32,000 nucleotides of DNA from Horticoccus luteus (lineage in GTDB: Bacteria > Verrucomicrobiota > Verrucomicrobiia > Opitutales > Opitutaceae): the NCBI RefSeq assembly GCF_019464535.1, contig NZ_CP080507.1, positions 3,150,001-3,182,000 of the forward strand, given 5' to 3'. Each line of letters begins with the position of its first letter. Within the stretch, counting starts at the first letter, position 1. The position numbers were made by a program, and so were the translations under genes. The notes under the pieces were generated by a model. The model had not been told where the DNA came from, made no database searches, and saw nothing but the letters and a program-made list of their open reading frames with translations. Below are positions 28,335 to 32,000 of this stretch, in pieces.

Positions 28335-30131
28335 ATGACGACCCCCTACCGCTTCCTCGCTCTGTTGGTCGCGAGCGCTTCGCTCGCCTTTGCTGCGCAA
28401 CCCGCCTGGGTGCAAACATCCAACCAAAACGCGGTGCCCGTCCTCGAGTATCTGGGCCGCTACGCCCCGGAATACGGTTCCGATCTCGGCCTCGAACAAT
28501 ACGACCCGGAGGTCACCGATCTCAAACCGCGCGTCTATGAACGCAGTCTCGCCGATGCCGAGATTCTCCTCGCCGCACTCAAGGCCAAAATCCCGCCGGA
28601 AACCAACGCCAAGGTCCGCCAGGATCTGGAGATTCTGGTCGATAACGTCGAACTCCAGATCAACTCCTCCCGGCTCAATCACGAGCTGATGCTGCCCTAC
28701 ACCTGCGTCGCCCAAAATGTCTTCGAGGGCCTGCAAGTGCTGCTCGACTCGCGCAACAAGCCCGAGCGCCGTCAGCGCGCCCTTGTCCGTCTCCAACACT
28801 ATGCGGGCCTCGCCGGCGCCGAACCCCTCGTCACGCTCGCCGAGGCGCGCAGCACCGAACGCTTCACCACGAAAAATCTCACCGGGCCCTACGTCGTCGC
28901 GGTGAACAAGGATCTCGGCAACACCGAGCGCTTCATCGCCGGCATCGCCCAACTTTTCACCGCCGCGCAACTCGACGGCTGGCAGGACGCCCACGCCCGA
29001 CTCGCCGCCCAGCTCCGCGCGCACGACGAATGGGTGCGCCGCGAAATCATCCCGCGCGCCCGCCCGACCAACCAACTCCCCGCGGCCATCTACGCCGACA
29101 ACCTCAAGAACTACGGCGTCAGAATGTCGCCGCAGGAACTCATCGACCGCGGCCTGTTTGGCTTCCTTGAAATTCGCGACGAGATGCAGGTTCTCGCGCA
29201 ACGCATCGCCACCGCTCACCATTTTCCTTCCAGCGATTATCGCGCCGTGCTGCGCGAGTTGAAGAAAGACCAGATCACCGGCGCCGCGATTCTGCCCTAT
29301 TACCACGACATCCTCACCCAGCTTGAACACCTCGTCGCCGAGCACCACATCGTCACCCTGCCCCAGCGCGCCGCCGTGATCCGCCTCGCCTCGGAGGCCG
29401 AGTCCGCCTCGCAACCCGCCCCTCATCTCAATCCGCCCCGTCTCCTCGGCAACACCGGCGAATACGGTGAAATCGTCCTCCCTCTCACCAATCCCAATGC
29501 CGCCCACCCCGGCGAACTGCAGGACGATTTCACCACCAAGGCCTACGCGTGGACGCTTACCGCGCACGAAGCCCGCCCCGGCCACGAATTGCAATTTTCC
29601 GCCATGGTCGAGCAAGGCGTCTCCACGCCCCGCGCCGTATTCGCGTTCAACAGCGCCAACGTCGAAGGCTGGGCGCTCTACATGGAAGCCGTGATGAAAC
29701 AATACGAGCCACCCGAAGGGCAGCTCTTCGCCCTGCAAGCCCGCCTCCACCGCGCCGCCCGCGCCTTTCTCGACCCGATGCTCAACCTCGGCCTCATGAA
29801 GCCTGAGGCGGCGCAGCAATTTCTCGTTTCGGACGTCGGTCTCTCCGCGCCCTTCGCCACACAGGAGATCGACCGTTACACCTTCCGCGCTCCGGGCCAG
29901 GCCACGTCGTATTACTACGGCTACCTGCGCCTGCGCCAGATTCGCGCCCAGACTGAACTCGTCCTTCGCGACCGCTTCAACGAAATGGCCTTCCACGACT
30001 TCATCTTGAGCCAGGGCCTGCTGCCGCCGGAACTATTGGCCAAGGCCGTGCGCGAAGAGTTCATCCCCGCGGCGGCGGCCCCGGCGGAGTCAGCACCTGA
30101 CGCCGATCATCCAGCCGCGAAGCAAATGTAG
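28335..30131 (+). CDS. Secreted DUF885-family protein (putative metallopeptidase-like)
   Basis: The signal peptide is MTTPYRFLALLVASASLAFAAQP. The family-typical motif HEARPGHELQF (HExxPGHxxQ) and the ~600-aa length match DUF885 proteins. Confidence 0.8.
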   Translation: MTTPYRFLALLVASASLAFAAQPAWVQTSNQNAVPVLEYLGRYAPEYGSDLGLEQYDPEVTDLKPRVYERSLADAEILLAALKAKIPPETNAKVRQDLEILVDNVELQINSSRLNHELMLPYTCVAQNVFEGLQVLLDSRNKPERRQRALVRLQHYAGLAGAEPLVTLAEARSTERFTTKNLTGPYVVAVNKDLGNTERFIAGIAQLFTAAQLDGWQDAHARLAAQLRAHDEWVRREIIPRARPTNQLPAAIYADNLKNYGVRMSPQELIDRGLFGFLEIRDEMQVLAQRIATAHHFPSSDYRAVLRELKKDQITGAAILPYYHDILTQLEHLVAEHHIVTLPQRAAVIRLASEAESASQPAPHLNPPRLLGNTGEYGEIVLPLTNPNAAHPGELQDDFTTKAYAWTLTAHEARPGHELQFSAMVEQGVSTPRAVFAFNSANVEGWALYMEAVMKQYEPPEGQLFALQARLHRAARAFLDPMLNLGLMKPEAAQQFLVSDVGLSAPFATQEIDRYTFRAPGQATSYYYGYLRLRQIRAQTELVLRDRFNEMAFHDFILSQGLLPPELLAKAVREEFIPAAAAPAESAPDADHPAAKQM

Positions 30132-30148
30132 TCCGTCGTCCCGGAGCG

Positions 30149-30170
30149 CCGCCGCTTTCGCGCGGCGGTT
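30149..30170. terminator. Weak GC hairpin in the convergent gap between the DUF885 and SDR genes
   Basis: CCGCCGC (30149-30155) pairs with GCGGCGG (30162-30168), with a 6-nt loop, followed by TT. The U-tract is short, so this call is tentative. Confidence 0.3.
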
Positions 30171-30188
30171 GGATCGCCGCGCGCGCGC

Positions 30189-30899
30189 TCACAAATCGCC
30201 GCGCTGCGGCCGCAACACGATCTCCTCGACCACCGTGCGGCGCGTCATCTGGTAAACCTCAAAAAACGCGCGCGCCACATCCGCCGCCGGCATCATCCGC
30301 TCCTCGTCGATGCCACTCCCCGCCCACGAAGGCGACCACGTGGCTCCCGGATAAACGCAGCAGACGCGCACGCCGCGCTCCTTCGTTTCCATCCGCAACA
30401 CCTTCGCCAGCCCCGTCACCCCAAACTTCGCCGCGCAATACGCCGCGTCACCCGGAAACGCCTGCAGGCCCGCCACCGAGCTCATAAAAAACACGTCGCC
30501 ACTCGCCCGCGCCAACATTCCGGGCAGCAAGGCACGCGTCACCAAAAACGCACTGCGCAACGTCGCGCCGATCATCGCGTCAAACGCCGCCACCGTCGTT
30601 TCCGCAAACGGCGCCGCCGTGAACGTGCCGGCGTTGTTGATCAACACATCCACCCCGCCGAAGCGCTTCGTCACCGCCGCCGCCATCTCCGCCACCGCGG
30701 CGTCGTCACTCACATCGCACGGAAAAATCTCCGCCTTCGCCCCGCGCTTTACCGCCGCGGCCGCCACCCGCGCGAGGTTGCGCTCATTCCGGGCGACCAG
30801 TGCCAGCCGCACGCCCTTGAGCCGCGATCCGAACTCCCGCGCCATCGCCGCGCCAATGCCCTGCGATGCGCCCGTAATCACCACGACTGGTTTGCTCAT
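30189..30899 (-). CDS. Classical short-chain dehydrogenase/reductase (SDR)
   Basis: I trimmed the start to ATG 30899 (MSKPVVVITGASQGIGAAMA, containing TGxxxGxG). It has NNAG and the catalytic Ser...YxxxK (SSVAGLQ...YCAAKFG). Confidence 0.9.
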   Translation of the reverse strand: MSKPVVVITGASQGIGAAMAREFGSRLKGVRLALVARNERNLARVAAAAVKRGAKAEIFPCDVSDDAAVAEMAAAVTKRFGGVDVLINNAGTFTAAPFAETTVAAFDAMIGATLRSAFLVTRALLPGMLARASGDVFFMSSVAGLQAFPGDAAYCAAKFGVTGLAKVLRMETKERGVRVCCVYPGATWSPSWAGSGIDEERMMPAADVARAFFEVYQMTRRTVVEEIVLRPQRGDL

Positions 30900-30971
30900 G
30901 GCGCGAAACTCCAATCTCCGCGCCTCAAGCTCCAGCGAGAAATTTCCCTTCACCCCACCGCGTCGACCCCC

Positions 30972-31952
30972 TCAGCAGATCAGCGACCCGAAATCCATGT
31001 AGTCCGCGACGAATCCGCCTTTCACCCCTTTGCAGATCACGCTCACCGCGTCGTGCGAGTGCAGTGATTCCAAGTGCGAACACGCGATTTGGAAATCCTT
31101 GATGCGCGCATCGCCCTCGAACTCCCGATAAAGCAGCCGCGCCGCATCTTCCACAAACTTCAGGTGCGCGCCGTTGAGCTCGGCAAACGCCTGCTCGTCC
31201 TCGCGTTTCACCATCACCTGCGTCTCCGTTGCCAGCGCCGCCTGACAATGTTGGATCACCTCTTCGATCCAGATTTTTTTGCCCGGCACTTCCTCCACGG
31301 TCACCCGCGCCTTGCTGCGCTGCGAATGCGGCACGCCATACGCCCCCCGCTGGTCGCGCGCGTGCTCCGTCAATTCCGCCGAGCACGGGCACGCCGAGGA
31401 ATACACGAAGTCCACTTGGATGAACCGCCGGTATTCGCCATCCGCCGTCATCACGCCCTCGAACGCCACCTTGTAGAATTGGTAGCCTTCGAGGCCGCTG
31501 CGCAGGCTCTGCTGCAGCAACGGGTAGGAAAACGCGATCTTCAGACGCGCCGCCTTGCTTTCCACCTTGCGCAGATACGCCTTCAAAATCCGCCCCACCC
31601 ATTCGCCCGTGAACACCGCGTCCTTGTGCTCATAAAACGAGCGCACGATCCGGCTCATGTTGATGCCCTTCAACTCGGCTTCCAGCGACACCGTGCCCGT
31701 GACACTCGCTTCGAGCGTCAACAGCTTGCCGCTCTTCATCCGAAACTTGAGCGGCAGTTTGAAATTGGAAACGCCCACCTGTTGGATCGGCACGTTCGCC
31801 CCTTGGATCGCGTCGTGCGCCGCCTCCATCATGTCGGGCAGGGTGGCGCGATACGCCGGCGTGACGCGAAATTTGCGATCGTAGCCGCGCTTGACCTTCG
31901 GCTCGGCGCCGTCGGCCGAGCGATGGAGATACATGGGTTTCTTTTTGCTCAT
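30972..31952 (-). CDS. folE2: GTP cyclohydrolase I type 2 (FolE2/MptA family)
   Basis: Motifs are [49 protein letters not shown] and [16 protein letters not shown]...[12 protein letters not shown], collinear with the FolE2 family. Confidence 0.9.
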   Translation of the reverse strand: MSKKKPMYLHRSADGAEPKVKRGYDRKFRVTPAYRATLPDMMEAAHDAIQGANVPIQQVGVSNFKLPLKFRMKSGKLLTLEASVTGTVSLEAELKGINMSRIVRSFYEHKDAVFTGEWVGRILKAYLRKVESKAARLKIAFSYPLLQQSLRSGLEGYQFYKVAFEGVMTADGEYRRFIQVDFVYSSACPCSAELTEHARDQRGAYGVPHSQRSKARVTVEEVPGKKIWIEEVIQHCQAALATETQVMVKREDEQAFAELNGAHLKFVEDAARLLYREFEGDARIKDFQIACSHLESLHSHDAVSVICKGVKGGFVADYMDFGSLIC

Positions 31953-32000
31953 GGTCGTTTTTAGGCAACGCCGCCAGGCGGTTGTGACGATAACCGTAGC

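Noticed and set aside
28266-29996. 576-aa minus-strand ORF opposite the DUF885 gene
   Set aside because: It is an antisense shadow. The plus frame carries a signal peptide and the HExxPGH motif, and the minus frame has none.

Overview
The window is GC-rich (roughly two-thirds G+C by eye, with strong G/C at codon position 3) and densely coding. It looks like bacterial chromosome. The gene content and weak Shine-Dalgarno signals are compatible with a Verrucomicrobiota/Opitutales-like organism, but I cannot verify that. I support 32 protein-coding genes, several intrinsic terminators and a few candidate operator repeats. I saw no rRNA, tRNA, CRISPR array, transposase, integrase or recognisable defence gene. 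Most genes are housekeeping: ABC-F ATPase, thymidine phosphorylase, murA, ruvB, folE2, an SDR, a Bcp-like peroxiredoxin and a dUTPase-like protein. Four loci are worth a second look. (1) An apparent operon at 22743-27811 encodes an SPS-like glycosyltransferase, a single ORF fusing sucrose-6-phosphate phosphatase to a GH100-like invertase domain, a fructokinase and a minimal MscS channel, and ends at a strong bidirectional terminator. (2) A mirror-symmetric locus at 9487-14778 has two AraC/PhyH-dioxygenase divergent gene pairs bracketing a Na+/solute symporter and a coupled microprotein. (3) A translationally coupled five-gene operon at 5341-9386 encodes a LytS-type kinase, a LytTR regulator, a 65-aa glycine-zipper microprotein and a NatA/NatB-like ABC exporter. 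(4) A 365-aa Pro/Ala- and Arg/Gly-rich, apparently domain-less protein lies at 16629-17726. None of these is a demonstrably new system from sequence alone, and all functional claims are motif-level recognitions made without database searches. Many long ORFs in the supplied track are antisense or out-of-frame shadows typical of high-GC DNA, and I rejected them.
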